A DNA stretch of 64,000 nt from Styela clava (lineage: Eukaryota), in the NCBI RefSeq assembly GCF_964204865.1, contig NC_135261.1, positions 10,478,001-10,542,000 of the forward strand, in the 5' to 3' direction. Position 1 is the first letter of the stretch, and every line of letters begins with the position of its first letter. Shown here in pieces: positions 13,101 through 27,700 of this stretch. A model generated the notes under the pieces. That model saw only the letters and a program-made list of their open reading frames with translations, did not search any database and was not told where the DNA came from. The translations under genes were made by a program, and so were the position numbers.

Positions 13101-16100
13101 ACACCGTCTAGTGGTTGATGCGTTGCAAGTTATAGTTGCCTTGAATTCAAGCTACAATAATTTCGGTAACAATCACTTCATATTTCATTCAAGTCCGGAA
13201 CAAAATTTGTAATAAATATAAAATAATTCATCTGTTTGAGACAGTTTTACGATACACGCACACGCTAGTTCATTTCAATCAAAAATAAAATATAAAGAGA
13301 AAGGCGATGATTTCATAACAATTACAAGAAGAAAATAATGACTAACAACAGTAACAGCAACAACAAAACGATTAATATGTACATCTCGTATCCAATAAGT
13401 ATTAAATATGCAGTTGAAATTATACCTTAACATGAGAACAAAGTTTACAACATTTTTCTATCGATTTAAATAATCAACGTCAAAAAATTGCAATCAAAAT
13501 ACAAAAGCTTGCTTACCGAAGCGTCTTCAACCCTGATGATCGTCCGAACAAGCTGGATGGAAGAGATTCTATGTAATTGAATCTTAAATCCAGATAATTG
13601 AGATATCTCATATATTTGAAAGTTCGTGGTTCAGTTGTTTGAATGCTGTTATGAGACAGATCGAGAGATTCGAGAAACCTAAAATTAGAAGTATAGTAAC
13701 ATTTAAACATAGCTATTTTGACAACAAACATAACGTCTGAAGTGCAGAGTTTTGTGGAGTTTATATAAATAGCAATTGGAACGATATATGCTTTCTTGTT
13801 ATACATTTTTAATCAAGTTTTAATGTTAATCTTGTCCTGAATATGTTTATCCAACGTGACACTTTTAATAATAAAAAAATATGACAACTAGATCTTATTC
13901 ATTCCATTTACCAATCAATCGAATAAAATGTATTATTCAAAAAAGTGTTTTGGTTGAACTCAGTAATGTGGCATGTTATGTTGCTTTGTAAGGGAGTGAC
14001 GGACGGGTTACATCGGTATTTTATCATGTGGTTTTTGTTATTCGCTGGGAGCGGTTGATTTCGTTTCAAATAGGCCTATGTCGTTACTGTACATTTACCA
14101 TGAATAGAACAACGCAAATTTAATTGGTGACTCTTGGCAATAATATATATAGTATTTCAAGCATAACCCGAAAGCAAAAACATAGAAATAGGCTTTTAAA
14201 TTTATCAAATATTCTACGTAAACATTGTGCGCCTAAATGTGTTGCGCCCGAAGTAGGCTCAGTCCGGGGAGAAAAATGGAGCGATGGAAAGGCATGAAAA
14301 CCCTAGTCGCCAGTCAAAGCAACTTGCAAACAACTTATAACGTGATGTTAATTTGTTACGAGTTTCGCCTTCCATTTCAATTCTATCAAAACGAAAAACA
14401 GTCAAATAGAGCAACGTACATCGACTATAACTATTTTCGAACAAAATCATATCGAAAGACCTAATCTTATAGAAATATATCACAGTTGAAATTGTAGATT
14501 ATTGTAATATTTAATTAATATTCATGACAATTATAATCAATTTAATTGAAATAAGACCCCTATTCTTTTATTCACACATGGTCTGTTTTCTTTAATTTTG
14601 CTTAATCCTATGTTAGATTGTGGTAAGTAAAAATTCGGATATGTGCAACAGCAGAACATACCTGACCCCATTGAAAGCATATTCTTCGATATTTGGTCCG
14701 ATTTCGTTCCTTCCCAAATTCAAGTCGGTCAAATTATCCAGCTTGGTAGAATATTCATTCATTTGTTGAAAACATTGTGGTATCATATATATATGGTTGT
14801 CTGTTTGCAGAAAAACTTCTTATTCGCAACAGGGTTGTAAACTCAATAATGATATTACAATCAGTTTCATCAAAATGCAGGGGTTAAAGTTGTTTTGTCT
14901 AGACTCTAAAGCAGAGGTGGGAAAGGTGTTTGGACCAAGGGTCATAAATTTTGCCTACTCAGACTAGCGGGCCATGTAAGTGTGACCTACAAAGTTACAT
15001 TTTATGAACAATTTTTAGCTCAACATCCAAATTCGGTTTTGGTTTGGTTGTGGCACCACCAGCCGAGCCAAATCGAACTATCCAACGAGCCGGATTTGGC
15101 CCACGGGCCGTAGTTTGCCCGTGTCTGCTCTAGAGTTTAGTAGACATTCGCGCTCTTGCGAAAAGAAAACTATCTCGAGGTAAAGTAAAGGTAAGGGAGA
15201 TCCGGTCTCAGTAAACCTACTGCCTCACCAAGGGGCATACTTGGAACTTGTTTTCAACAAGTACGTTAGTGTTTGTACTGTGTGATAATATCCTACCGGC
15301 ATTTTAAAATCTGAACGGCATCAGCTATAATTTGACGAAATGCCTAGGCAGGCGTTTGTGTGTGCCAGGCCGAGTATCATATAATTATAAAGGGCTGTAA
15401 CTTTCGGCTAGAGATAAAAATAAACTAACGAATATACTATTTATAATGTATACGTCATCATTATGAGTCAGTTATTTTCGAAGAACGGATGGGTTACATG
15501 TTAAATGAGTAATAGGCCTACTGTTAATTAGTTAGGTTGATTCAACTTTTGAGTTCGCAGTAGATATTCCAAATAAATTTCAGGGTGATTTTGGGTATAT
15601 GTAAGGGAAATAATTAAAAACTAATCACTATCAGCCTGGTTTACTTCGCCGTGACCAACCAAGTTCTAGATCCCCGCCCGGTTACTAAATAACAAACAGA
15701 AACAGGCCAAAATGATAATATTTGTAATATTAGAGCATCAAACGGTACTGTTAACCTCTTCACTAGCCTCGGCTTACTTATTATACTGACTCTCTGCACT
15801 GTTTATTCGATCAAATAAGGTAGGAATGAATGACTGAATTTTACCAACGCGATGCTGATATTACTTTATGAAAAATGATATCTGGAATGATTGCGGAAAT
15901 TATTGATTTTTAATTTGAGATGTAGGAAACTACGTACTCCATACCTGAAAAATCAACGTATTGCACAGGAGAGTAGTCAATTCCACTGCTGTTAAATATT
16001 CCTTGGTGTACAAAATCCAAGTAGTTCGAGTTAAATAAAACTCTTTGTAAGAGGGGAAGATTAGAAAAAGCTTTATCCGGTAAAAAAGTTAAGTCGTTCC

Positions 16101-16365
16101 ATCCAAAATCCAGTACAGTAGTTCGAGCTGCTTGCTGGTAAGAAATAAGGTTCGGTAAACGTACCATCCCAGTTGCTTTACAGTCAATTTCACTTCCAAA
16201 ATATATATTACAAGTACAGACTTCGTAACAAGAATATCCACATGAAGATCCCGCGCTGAGTAGAAATGTGGTTGTCAGTAGAACAACATCGATGAAAACC
16301 GGTATTTTCCAGCTGATGATACATTTGCTTTTTTGGCAAAATTTAATCGATGAACACTTCATCAT
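10130..16365 (-). CDS. Single-pass leucine-rich-repeat membrane protein (LRRNT-LRRs-LRRCT-TM-short tail), about 549 aa
   Basis: Exons 16365-15945, 14800-14662, 13678-13517, 11527-11231, 10760-10130 splice GT-AG into one 1650 nt frame. Signal-like hydrophobic stretch, CxxxCxC...IDC cap, LxxLxLxxNxI repeats, GNPINCDC...C...C LRRCT, TM FFVAVSMFLGIVLFAAAIPVVFFIVFLYL and a tail of about 19 aa. Confidence 0.88.
10818..11196. mobile_element. DINE-1/Helentron-like element in the last intron of the LRR gene, inverted relative to the 7071-7493 copy
   Basis: Reverse complement is collinear with 7071-7493 over ~380 bp (AACAAG..AAATATATGGACACGTT ... ACGTGTCCAAT). Confidence 0.7.
14912..15127. mobile_element. 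hAT (Buster/Charlie-type) MITE
   Basis: Ends CAGAGGTGGGAAA / TTTGCCCGTGTCTG, internal GGGCC/GGCCC motifs, 8 bp TSD CTCTAAAG / CTCTAGAG. Confidence 0.75.
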
Positions 16366-19300
16366 AGTTTTATATTAAATGCTACAAAAATAAAATGAAG
16401 GCGATATTGCGTGAGTCTCTATTTAAAGAGAATAAAAATCCATGTAAAGACAATGCTAATGTTGATATAATATGCGACGCAAAGCAATTTAATAATTTAT
16501 AAGTCATGAACCAGTGTTCCGCAATGGACCTATCGTAGATTGTAGATAACCGTTTACATATCGGATAAGAGATACTGGATATACACTATATTTTAGCTTA
16601 TATATCATCAGTGGATACTGATTCACAGCCGAATAAGTATTGGAATTACCCGCACGTACCAAATTGAATTAAAAACTCGTTTCGATGGCCGGACATCATT
16701 CAAAATTAGCACTTCTCCGCGGGCCGCACAATTTTTCATGAGGGCCGCATTTGGCCCGCTGGCCACAGGTTGCACGCCCCTGGGTTTAGCAAACAATACT
16801 CTTAGAATGAGACTACCTTATTCTGTTCTTATCAACCAACACGCATCTGAGTTCACCAGACGTGTTTATGCTCGACGACGTGTCTAATTTACTACTGATA
16901 CTTCAATGTGTGGGACAGAGACAGAGGTATTTTGGGCGCCTTGAGTCCTCCTATCTTTCTCATCTTTATGTCTCTTCTATACTGACAGACTTCATCAAGC
17001 TTCACTAATTATAAAATCAATGCGACACAGAAAAGAAAGGTCGTGCGTTAGTGCACATTTGTAGCAATGTAATAAATTGATTATCGAATTACGCTGTAGG
17101 TCAACCATTAGTTTCAGGAATTAATGAGAGTTTATGGATTCCAAATAAACCATTTGCTCATAAAAATATCAATTTTTTTCGGCAGCTGTAACGAGAATAA
17201 TTGTAATAGCAGAGATAACTTCAACTGATTTCGGCCAGCGGTGGACGTACATTTTTACTTGTAAAATTAAGCTACACGTCTCTAAAAAGCGAAACGTGTG
17301 ATGATAGAAGAGATGCAAGCGAACACTGACTGACTCGTTCAGATGTCTATATAGTTTTTTTTTTACGAGAGATATGAGAGATTGACATTGTTTGTCACAA
17401 CATTTGTACTCCAATCAACTTCCTGATTCAAACAACTACCCGGAATACTGTGCTAAATGGCTTTATGCAAACGCCATAAAAAGCAATATATAACCTCACC
17501 AGATTGAAAAATCTGATATGAACTGATCAGCGTGTTTCATCATTAGTTTATCATCTTCCACCACATAGACTGTGAACACTGAGGCATAATTTGGGATATT
17601 ATCGTTTTGAAAATCAGTAGGACAGCGGCTATCTTTAAAACTAACAATATTTTCAAGAACGAGTTGCTTTGGTGAGGTTTCAAGCGTTAATGACGTGGTG
17701 GCACAAAAAACGTGGAGAATCATGGAAGAAAATATAAACAAAAACATGGCCTAAATGCAAATATTTTTATTCGCAGAGTGTTTATTCATAGTTATTCAAA
17801 TCTAGCTTTGATAAGATAACCAAGTATTATTTGCAACAAATGATAAAGGCAATATCTACAATAACGATCAACATTCAAGAGTTTTTGCTTACTTTTACGT
17901 CATGAAGTAACTATGACTATATTCCGTATCTCAGTCACAACATAAATATCCAAACACTTCTTATGAAAAGTGAATACAACATATATTTTGCTCCAATTCT
18001 CAAAGTACATTTTTTAGCTGCTTTGTGACAAATTTTAGCATTTTATCCTATAGCAGTGATATATCTAATGACGCGTTTGAACGCCTGTCCACAAGCGCTG
18101 AATATTAACAAAACAATACCTTCAAAAATTAGAAACCGTTCTTTATTCAAAATAACTGAGCATGAAACATTCAGTAGAACGACGCATTTACCAAACGTCG
18201 CTTAACTTTCCCTCATCAGTTATGAATACAAACGCTATATCCGCTCCCGCAATTTGTTCAATGTTCATATACATTTAGCTCCATCAAACTTATTGATTTT
18301 TTGCATAATTTAGGTAAACGGGCTCCAGGGAACTAGGATAATTTCACGGATAATTCGGACAATAAATCAGATTATATTTAACCATGTATACCCCATAGAT
18401 AAATAACTTTATTTGAAAAACTTTACATATAAACCATGCTTGATTTACTGGTACTAAAACGAAAATCAGTTTTGCGATTATAACATGGATTGAATAAGGT
18501 AATCGAGCGGAAAAAGATCTTGATAAGTACCTTTAACAAAACCCAGCCTGTCTATTCAATACTGAACTTGATGTTTTAATACACGCTTATGAACATATAT
18601 TTCATCCAATCCATATTCATTTCAATTCGATAATACGATTTATAATCATAATAGCGATTTCCATGTATTGCATGATTTATTTTATACATATAACTTTTAT
18701 ATGAATACAAATCATTCGTAAATATTACTCTTCAAACTGCATTCTCTAACGCATTAATTGTACTAAATCTAAAGCGTTCGGTTTTTACGTACTGAACAGC
18801 AGAATGTCTGTATATATTTTACCTTTTTATGCATCATAATACGATATTTTAACAAAAAGCGACAATCCGCTGAACGCGAATAGCATTGCACAAAGAAAGC
18901 ATTAACGTCACAATGATTCATGTTAAAAATTAGCACCGAGCTGAACTTAGCAACCTGAAATAACTGAATGAATTGGAATCAGTTATACTGCTAGTAATAG
19001 AAACTGCAAACACTATGAACAAAGATTTTTTTTCTTAATCGTTTTAGTTACCGTTTAGCCCCCACTACAATAGATTTACTCGATTTTTCACAACTTTCCT
19101 CTCTGCTAATTACAATGTAAAATTAGAACATGGCGCCATTTTAATTGAAAGCAACGTTTACTTATTTTCAAATTCTATAATGACTTCATCCCTTAACTTA
19201 TACTCCGTGTTCAAAGGAAACTTTAATACTACAACACTGAATATATACCACGCTTCAGAATTATTACACTCGCAAGGGTTTCCTCGACATTTGGCTTCTT

Positions 19301-20226
19301 ACAATTATTTCCATTTCGTTGTCGGAATCAGGATATTGACAACCGGGTACTTTTACCGAATCCCGGACATCGTATTTTCAATAACTACCATATGTGATAC
19401 GACAAGCTTTATAAAGAAATCTTCGTAGAATAAGACGAAATGTGTATTCCATTCCATCCGATCGATATCAGCGAATAGGAAATATAACTTCAGTCTTAAT
19501 AAGATTGATTCGACCGGATGCACTTTTTAAATCCAAAATCGATAGATCGGTATACAACGGTCACGACAAATTAGTAAAATTGCTCCAGAGACGTACTACT
19601 TCTGACAAAGAAAATGATTTCAATATGGCGGTGACTGTAATCAACAATGCGTTGTAGGTCTACCATTGATTTGGAGTCAAAAAATTGAATTCCGATGGGA
19701 ATAAAAATTTGCTACGAAAAAATATTCGGTCGGAATATTTATTTTAAAGCTACATTTAAGAACTCATTGGTGTCAGATAAGGTGTTGGTTGTACTTTTGG
19801 TCCAAGAGCAATTAGTCCAGGAAAGAATTTTTTGAAGAAGGTCTCGCATATAAAAAGGGCCCTGGATTAGAATATTGTGTAATAATACAACATAAATTTG
19901 ATAAAATAAGGGCTGGGTTCCAGCTTGCACCCTCTTCCACATAAAATGTTATACAGCTATGAAATAAAAGTGAAATCGCGCACACATGTCGCTTACAAAG
20001 TTTTAAAATAAAAATCATATATTCTGTTTGACAATAAGGCCACTTGATTGGCGTTCACCATTGATGTAAGGAGCTGCTACCCTAATCGTTACAAGTGGGT
20101 GAATGACGACTTTATCTTTACAATATAGGATATCGTTCTATCTGAAACGGGATTGGGATCAGTTTGGGATTGATTTTGAAATAAGCAAATGAAGTTTTTT
20201 TATGACATCATAGATATTACATGTTT

Positions 20227-20461
20227 GGTACTTCCGTAGTATGTGCAACAAGATGGCGGACACCGGAACGTAGTATGTTATCAGGTTAGGGTTAGGCCAT
20301 AATTTCAGGTACAAATACTACGGGAGTCACTTGGCTAGTCCCCGAACTCGCAATAAAACTAAAATGAGGCAAATTGAAATAAAATTATGGCCTAACCCTA
20401 ACCTTGTACACATACTATGTTCAGGTGTCCGCCATCTTGTTGCACATACTACGGGAGCGCC
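20227..20461. mobile_element. Foldback MITE with ~75 bp inverted arms containing TTAGGG-type repeats
   Basis: CCGTAGTATGTGCAACAAGATGGCGGACACC..AGGTTAGGGTTAGGCCATAATTT is mirrored by AAATTATGGCCTAACCCTAACCT..GGTGTCCGCCATCTTGTTGCACATACTACGG. A related partial copy lies at ~57157-57352. Confidence 0.85.
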
Positions 20462-23400
20462 TCGTATTTAACCTGAATTATCCCACTATGAAATAGACGA
20501 TAACTCTTAATCGTAAATTTCAAATTAACGGGTAATAATTATAAGCGTTATTGGACTCGGGCATTGCAATATCTCGAAATCTTGATGTTAATAAAGTACG
20601 ATAAAAATATTAGAACAGTGAATGATATATTTATGACAAATTATTTCCGCACTAAATATCATTCTTAAGGCCAGAACCATATGTCAATTTTCTTTTATAA
20701 AAGGTTTTCTGTGGTACACGGTTGTCTAAACTAGTGGCATGGTATAGTATTGCAGCAAATGCACCTTTACGGATGTTATCTATAGTGACACGGAATAAAA
20801 TATAGATGAGATTGACTGTAGATTATGTGGCGAATGCAAATAACAGCGGGTCGCATAAATTTTGTAAGATAATCTGCAAGCCCTTGGTGTCTTTGAATAA
20901 AAAATGAGAGGCTTTTATTCCTAGGGCACTCTGTAATTGCTAGGATTAAAATTTTGAATGTCAATAAAAAGGATTTCAAAAATGTCCCAAAAAAATAAAA
21001 ATTGGAGATATTGCTGTAATGAAGCCCATAATGATGTTTTACTTAAAACGGTGGGTAACGGGATTCCGCATATTTTTCCTCTTCAACTAAATTCCCTCAA
21101 AATCTGATGTTCTCAGCTTTTAAGGCAACTGTATCCAAGAACTAAACTTCACCATGCAAAACAACAAATACCGTAACTCCTGATTGCAACTTGCGCAATG
21201 GCACAGAGCAAGAAAAGGTAAAATAGTATCGAGTAACCCAAACTGATATATGGTTCTTAAGATTAACTCTCATTCGAATAGATCAGAGGCTAGCCTTTGA
21301 ATTGTTTGCTGTATTATACGAACGATGCATAGAACAACTACAATGGTATTTTCAACATTATTTCGAGCCGCGTTTTTCAGATTTGATATCTTTTTGAATA
21401 CTTCACCGTAACCATACACGACAGACGACACATCTTTTTTTCATTGCTATTAATGCTCAACATGACAACAACCAACAAACAGATTGAAGGAGCTTTGCTA
21501 ACGTTAAACAATTAAATTCTACGAATTAGTCAGTTTAAACCATTTAGAATTGACACCACAAAAGCTGATCCACGCGTTAGTAGATCTAAACTGGTAACTA
21601 AAATAAGATTTCACATCGCCTGAAATGAAAAATCGATGTTTCATCCCATGCGCTGCAACTATTTGTTGTATATTCCGGGCTTCGCCATTCCACATGCCCG
21701 CGCTGCACCACAATCGGGTAATGGAGTGCTTCGCCTACCGCATGATGTAAAATATACATAACATTCCTTTCATTTACGCGACCATATTCATTAATATTTT
21801 AAAAAGAAACACATGCTAATTGTGATATTTTGAAGCAAACGAAATCGGATAATCAGTAGCCCGTGCTAGCCCAGTCATAATATCCTGAATTACCCATCTG
21901 TGCTGTAGAAATAATGCTAAAAAGGATCGTCAGCACTTAAAATTCACCATCCCCACTTTACCGACGATGAATATTCTGAGATGTTTTTAAAAAGCTACCT
22001 GTCAAGCTTAGCGAAAGATTTTTGTAATTCAGAGAGCAGCGATTGCCAAAATGGTTGCTTCTTCGCTTAGTTTTAAATATAAATTATTAAATATTGGTAC
22101 ACGCTACATCCCGATCGCAAGTTACTCTAATTAACTGAACGCTACAGTATTGCATTCTCAATCTATTCGAATCGTTGTTATTTTTGAGTGGGTGAACGCG
22201 ATATTCGATATACCTCGACACAACTCTACATTGTTGACTGTTCTTGAGTAAAATATTGCTTGGCTGAAAATGTAATTGCACTACACGTTTGCATCGATAT
22301 TGCTAACCCTAACCTCATATCAAATTATTATTGCCGCGTCGACCTTCAGAAAGTTTAGGTGGCACGAGTTGGTCATTAGCACATTCTACGGTAGCTACGA
22401 TAGATTTTATGACGTAATTGACGACAGACTTTGTATTCAAAACTGACAGGTGACAATATAACAAAGCATGTTCGCGACATACTTTAGTTAGCTTGCGATC
22501 ACATACCCTCGGAAAGGTTATTGTAGATAACCATATTTTGAAGGCACAACTGTATATAGTTATCTACCTGCACTGCACGGTTTATATCAGATTGTATGCG
22601 CAAGTCGCATGAACTATAATTCGACCTTGACAATAATATACAAACTGAGTTATTCACTGAACATTAGGCCATGTCTAGATAAGCGTGATTTTTCATAAAC
22701 TAAAATATATTCAGATATATTTGAGCAATAACTATTTTGGGCGTCGATACGAAAGAAGCTGTTTTTCAGTAATGCCGTTTGTAAGTACTTTGGTACAAAC
22801 AGTAGCACATACCCAATTGGGGCATATAGCAAACGCAGACTCGCGTATTTGACAGGCCCTTCCCCTTTGCAATTCACATTAATTGATACTTTGAACTTTG
22901 CGAGTAATTGTTTAATGAAGTTATAAAATACTTGGATTTGTTCTTTTACAGCATTGAAATGTATACGACATTATTTTTTAACCACTCATCACATTATCTT
23001 ATTCTATCATTATCTTACAAATTGCAATATGTCGTTAGACTGAGAAATTTTCAGTAGATTTGAAGTGAAGTAACGCATTCAAGCAGCTAATGATATAAAA
23101 TTCAGATATCCCATAAAACTATTTTTAAAGTAGATCCGAAATTGTTATCTGCAGATTCATTATATGCATCTTTCATTAACTAATTTTTTTGGATTTGGGT
23201 CGGCTATCTAAATAATTTGTGCTGCTCTCCAGACTTCGGCAAAATTAAACCATCCGCACGAAAAATTTACGAGTTATCATGAATTCTCCAAAATTTGAAT
23301 GCATATACATACAATTTAATGAATACCAATGACGTGCCTCGTAACTGCTGTAGTTATTTCTCATAAGCGGTTCTCAAAGGTGGCACCCACTAGTGCGCCG

Positions 23401-24713
23401 CGGCGATTTCCTAAGTGCGCCCGAAAATTAACAGAATTGCGTCAAACATAACTAATATATGATTGATAATTTTACAGATTCTTTAAGCCCATATGTTCTC
23501 AAACTTCAAAAGGCATAATAGAGCACACATTACCGATCACAAAATTGAGTTTCAATTGTAATGGTGACAATTTTATTTTATTTTTGTTGAGTATAAATTC
23601 GAATCACAAGTTTGGAAAACCAGAAACAATGCTTGAAAGTCGTCTTTAAGTCTGGCAAGACGTCTGAGCAATCTGAATTTACATAAAATTTGTGAGTGAC
23701 TTGAAATTCGACAAATTAAAATTGCATAACTATGGTAGAATTAAAAGTTGAGTATGTTTCAAAAAAGCAAATGTATAAAATTCCAGGTCACTTGAAAATA
23801 TAAACGAACGGAAAACCATAGTTTTATAATTCGGCGGTGTGGCTTATTAAATTGTTGCCAACTTGGATTATTTTAATCTAGATTTAGATTATTTTCGTAT
23901 GATTTAGATGTAAGAAATACTCATTTAGATGTTAGATTATTTTCTGGATTATTTCAGCATTCATTTAGATATATTTAGATTATTTTGACAAATGTTATTT
24001 TGCATTGTTCTTTAGTGACAAAGAAGTGAAGTGCATTTCACTAGTACCTAACAGTACATTTAAAGAGAAAAGATTTTTGGATTTAATACAGGAAAGACTT
24101 TCAATCAAGGTTAATCTGTTAATAGTGTTCAAAACAATGAGAGAGGTTAGCCAAAATATTGTCAGGTATTGAATACTCTGAAAGTGGCGTGAACTGAATG
24201 CTGTTGTTATGCGAAAATCTGAAATCAGGAAATACTGTTGTTCACTAATTTTACCCCTATAAGTAGGGATGGACAATATAGAATAATTTACTATTCCAGT
24301 TATCTAGAATCTGAGATCAAATCCAGAATCTGAGAATACCGAATCCTATTCTATTTTTATTGTAATTCAAATTTGGAAATTCTCCCACCATATTGATGGA
24401 TTATAATTAAAAAAAAAAATTGGGATTTATTTGTTACCAAACAGTCTGAACAGTGGAATATAAGAAATTTAACGAATGCCTCTTGCCTTGAATTGTTCAA
24501 AATTTATTTGATCTCTAAATACTGTGTTGAAACAAATCGCGTATTATACACTTTTTAGTACTAAAATCTAAGTTTTCAGTTATTATCGCTATATAATAAT
24601 GTTGCTTAAATGGCCGAATAGAAGAACTGCCTCCCCCTCCACGTGTGACAACTTCTTTAAATTTATCGTCGACCAAACGTGTGTTGAGCTTGGACCATAG
24701 GAATGGATTTATT

Positions 24714-27700
24714 CAGTGGCGGCGCGTGGTCATTTTGACAACCGGGGCAAGCTACAGCGGGACCAAGTCACCCCCATCTACGGGGACAGGATGAGCGCTG
24801 TAAGTTCTCCCATCATTTTATGGGTATAAAAACCATTCCATCGGTAACAACCAATCGGCAAAAGCGACAATTTTTAACGATAAGAAAGTGTTTCTAAAAC
24901 CGGTCCAAGTCAAGGGATTAATAAATATAGACATAGTTCATTTTGAAACCTCTTTCAAAAGGAAAGGCAATATTTACCCAGATAAATACAATGACATATT
25001 AACAGAAACTTCGGGAAAGCAGACAAAACCTAAAATAAGGTTTAAAACGTTACTATGAAGAAAGGAAAGGTAATGCAAAGATAAGGACATGCGTCGCTCA
25101 CTCATAGATATATATGCTGCTAGACTTCTACTGCTTGAACATATATGCAACACGCCGCGGTTTCTTGGAAGCAAAATGCTCAATAACGCGCTCATTAAAG
25201 TCATGCATCTCAGAAATAACGTCTCTGTGAATGGATAAACAGCCAAGGAATTTAATCTATCTTGCTTCATTGTGTTTCTGAGATACGTTTTAATACGCTT
25301 CAGCGTGCTGAATGTTCGCTCTGCGTCGGCGGAAGAAATAGGCGTCGTCAAAATGATGTCCAGAAATTTTGCAGACGCCGCAAAGGTAGTTACTAGAGTG
25401 TTATCTATGAGGAACCCATAGAGCGCGCAAGTTGATGTGATGTTCAAAAAAGTTTGATTGGTGTATATACATCGCAATTCATTTTCCAATTTACCCACGT
25501 TTATCATGGGGTAAAATTTGGAGACAGTAGCCAACAAATGGATGGGAAATTGACGTGCAAATTTTGAAAAAATTTTGGGGTTCATCAAAGAGAACGCGGC
25601 AAGGTGTTCAGTGCGCAGGCGATCGCCTATTTGATTCACCAGAATGTCACAGCATTCCTTTGCAAACAAAATCAAACGCTGCGTTGTTTGCCCGCGGCGT
25701 AAAGAAGCACTCCATGTGTCGTCGTATTTTATTGTTTCCCGGATACGAGATACAGCATTGCAGAAGTCTGAAATACACGACTGCACAGACGCTCCTTCCA
25801 TTAGCCTTGACTGCAATGCGCCGTATAATACATCCACGTGATAGAATATTGTGGAGAAAAAATGAAAACTCACCATCTTCTAGCAGACGCTTTAGACCTG
25901 CCGCCTCCCTCACAGAGCGTTCGTCCCAAACCGGAGAGCTCTGAATGCCATTGAAACACTCAATGAGCTCAGACCTAATTTCGGACACGCCCTGCACCAC
26001 GCGTGATTGGAAGTTCCAACGTGTTGGTGCACAAGCTGGGAGACGGCGGCTACATATCTGGCGAAGGAGGTCAGAGCGCTTCGGCGAAACGGAAAAAATT
26101 GAAGAAAACCCCGAAACATTTGCAAAAAATATACGGACGAGAGGGGTATCAAGACACATATTTTTAATAACGAGGTTAAATTGGTGTGCATAACAATGTA
26201 AAAAATGCGCATGAAGAAAATCTTCTTTTATATAAACTTGAACACCATGTTTCGACCCACTCATGACTGCCGCGCCGTCATAAGTTTGAGCTATCAATTT
26301 TGACTTCGCGTTGTAAGGCTGTAACACTTCTTTCAGTACAGCCGATATCCCGCAAGCCGTGCGATCAACGATTGGTACAAAGCTGTGAAATCTCTCGGTA
26401 GGTTTACCATCTTTCACAAACCGAAAAATCACAGCCAGTTGGGAAACGCACGTGATGTCAGTTGTCTCGTCAGACTGAATCGAAAGGAACTGGCAATTCT
26501 CAATTTCCAGAGCCAAATGTTGTAAATAAATTTTATACATTGAGTCGAGCAAATCATTTTGGATATCCTTAGATGTCCCTTTCGAAACAGTTGCGGCATC
26601 AAGATGATCTCTCAATACTGTATCTAGGGATGCGGTGTATTCCACCATATCCAAAAATACCCCTCTATTAGAAGAGCCAGCCCATTCATCGTACCCACGG
26701 AGGGACAGCTCGTGACAACCAATGAACTTCAAAACATCTATCAATCGACCGAGAACATGGCGGTTTTTCTCGACGTTTTGGTTGTGCCGACGAATAGAAA
26801 CCAACTGTGCTGCAATATTAACATTTCCGAATGTTCGGTATTTTACTGCATTGTCTAGATGCTCCATAGAAGATTGATGATCCCTGGCACGCTCGGAAAG
26901 ATGTTTAAGATCTCTAAAACCAAATTTACACCAACGTGAGTCACGGGCGGTAGCAAAAAGTAGGCAATAAAAACAAAAAAGTGCATTTTTGTCCTCGCTG
27001 TAACACAACCATTCGTGTTTTTTATACCAAGTTTCTGCGCAGAATGTACGCCGACGCTTTCCTCCGTCATGAGATTGTTCCAGTGAACAATTTTTTGGTT
27101 GATAAGGCCCAAGACGTTGTACCTCTAATTTTTGTTCCAGCGGCAGCTGCGAAAACGGAGTGCGAAGTAGTGCATAAACCTCATTCATTATGAGGTCTAA
27201 GGCTAAGAAATGCGAAGCCGGAAAAAAGTGAGGAGCTCAAAAGGAATGTGGAAAATCGAAAGCAAATGGACTAAAGGTCTCTAACTGATTCAAATAGCGG
27301 AACAAGCGACAAAAACGAAGGCGAGGAAACTATCAACTCTTCAAGCAACCAACGAACGAGAAGGAATGCGTGAATATGTCAACACGTTGTTGTAAGAAAC
27401 GTCGGCATTGTGTCGTCATAATTTCGGGGCTAGCCCCGATGATTTAGTAAAAGAAACAGAAAACAAACGAGACAAACGCGGCGAGTGGAAGATAAAAGAG
27501 AGAATACGATATACAATGAGCAACCGGGGCAAAATCGGCGTCGCCCCGTCGACGTTCGGCAAAGGCTTTGCGAGCGAAAAATGAACCATGTCGGGAGAAT
27601 ATGGCTAGTGTAGACAGTCTGTGCAACCGATATTGAGGTATTTTTCGAATATTTTTTATTATACCGAAAAAACAACCGGGGCATTGCCCCGGTTGGCCCT

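Noticed and set aside
20284-20405. Telomere or chromosome fusion site
   Set aside because: Only about two TTAGGG units per side, embedded in MITE arms.
24974-27188. Programmed frameshifting or a two-gene system in the overlapping hAT ORFs
   Set aside because: Two separate breaks in one transposase are better explained by indels or sequencing errors; I see no convincing slippery site plus structure.
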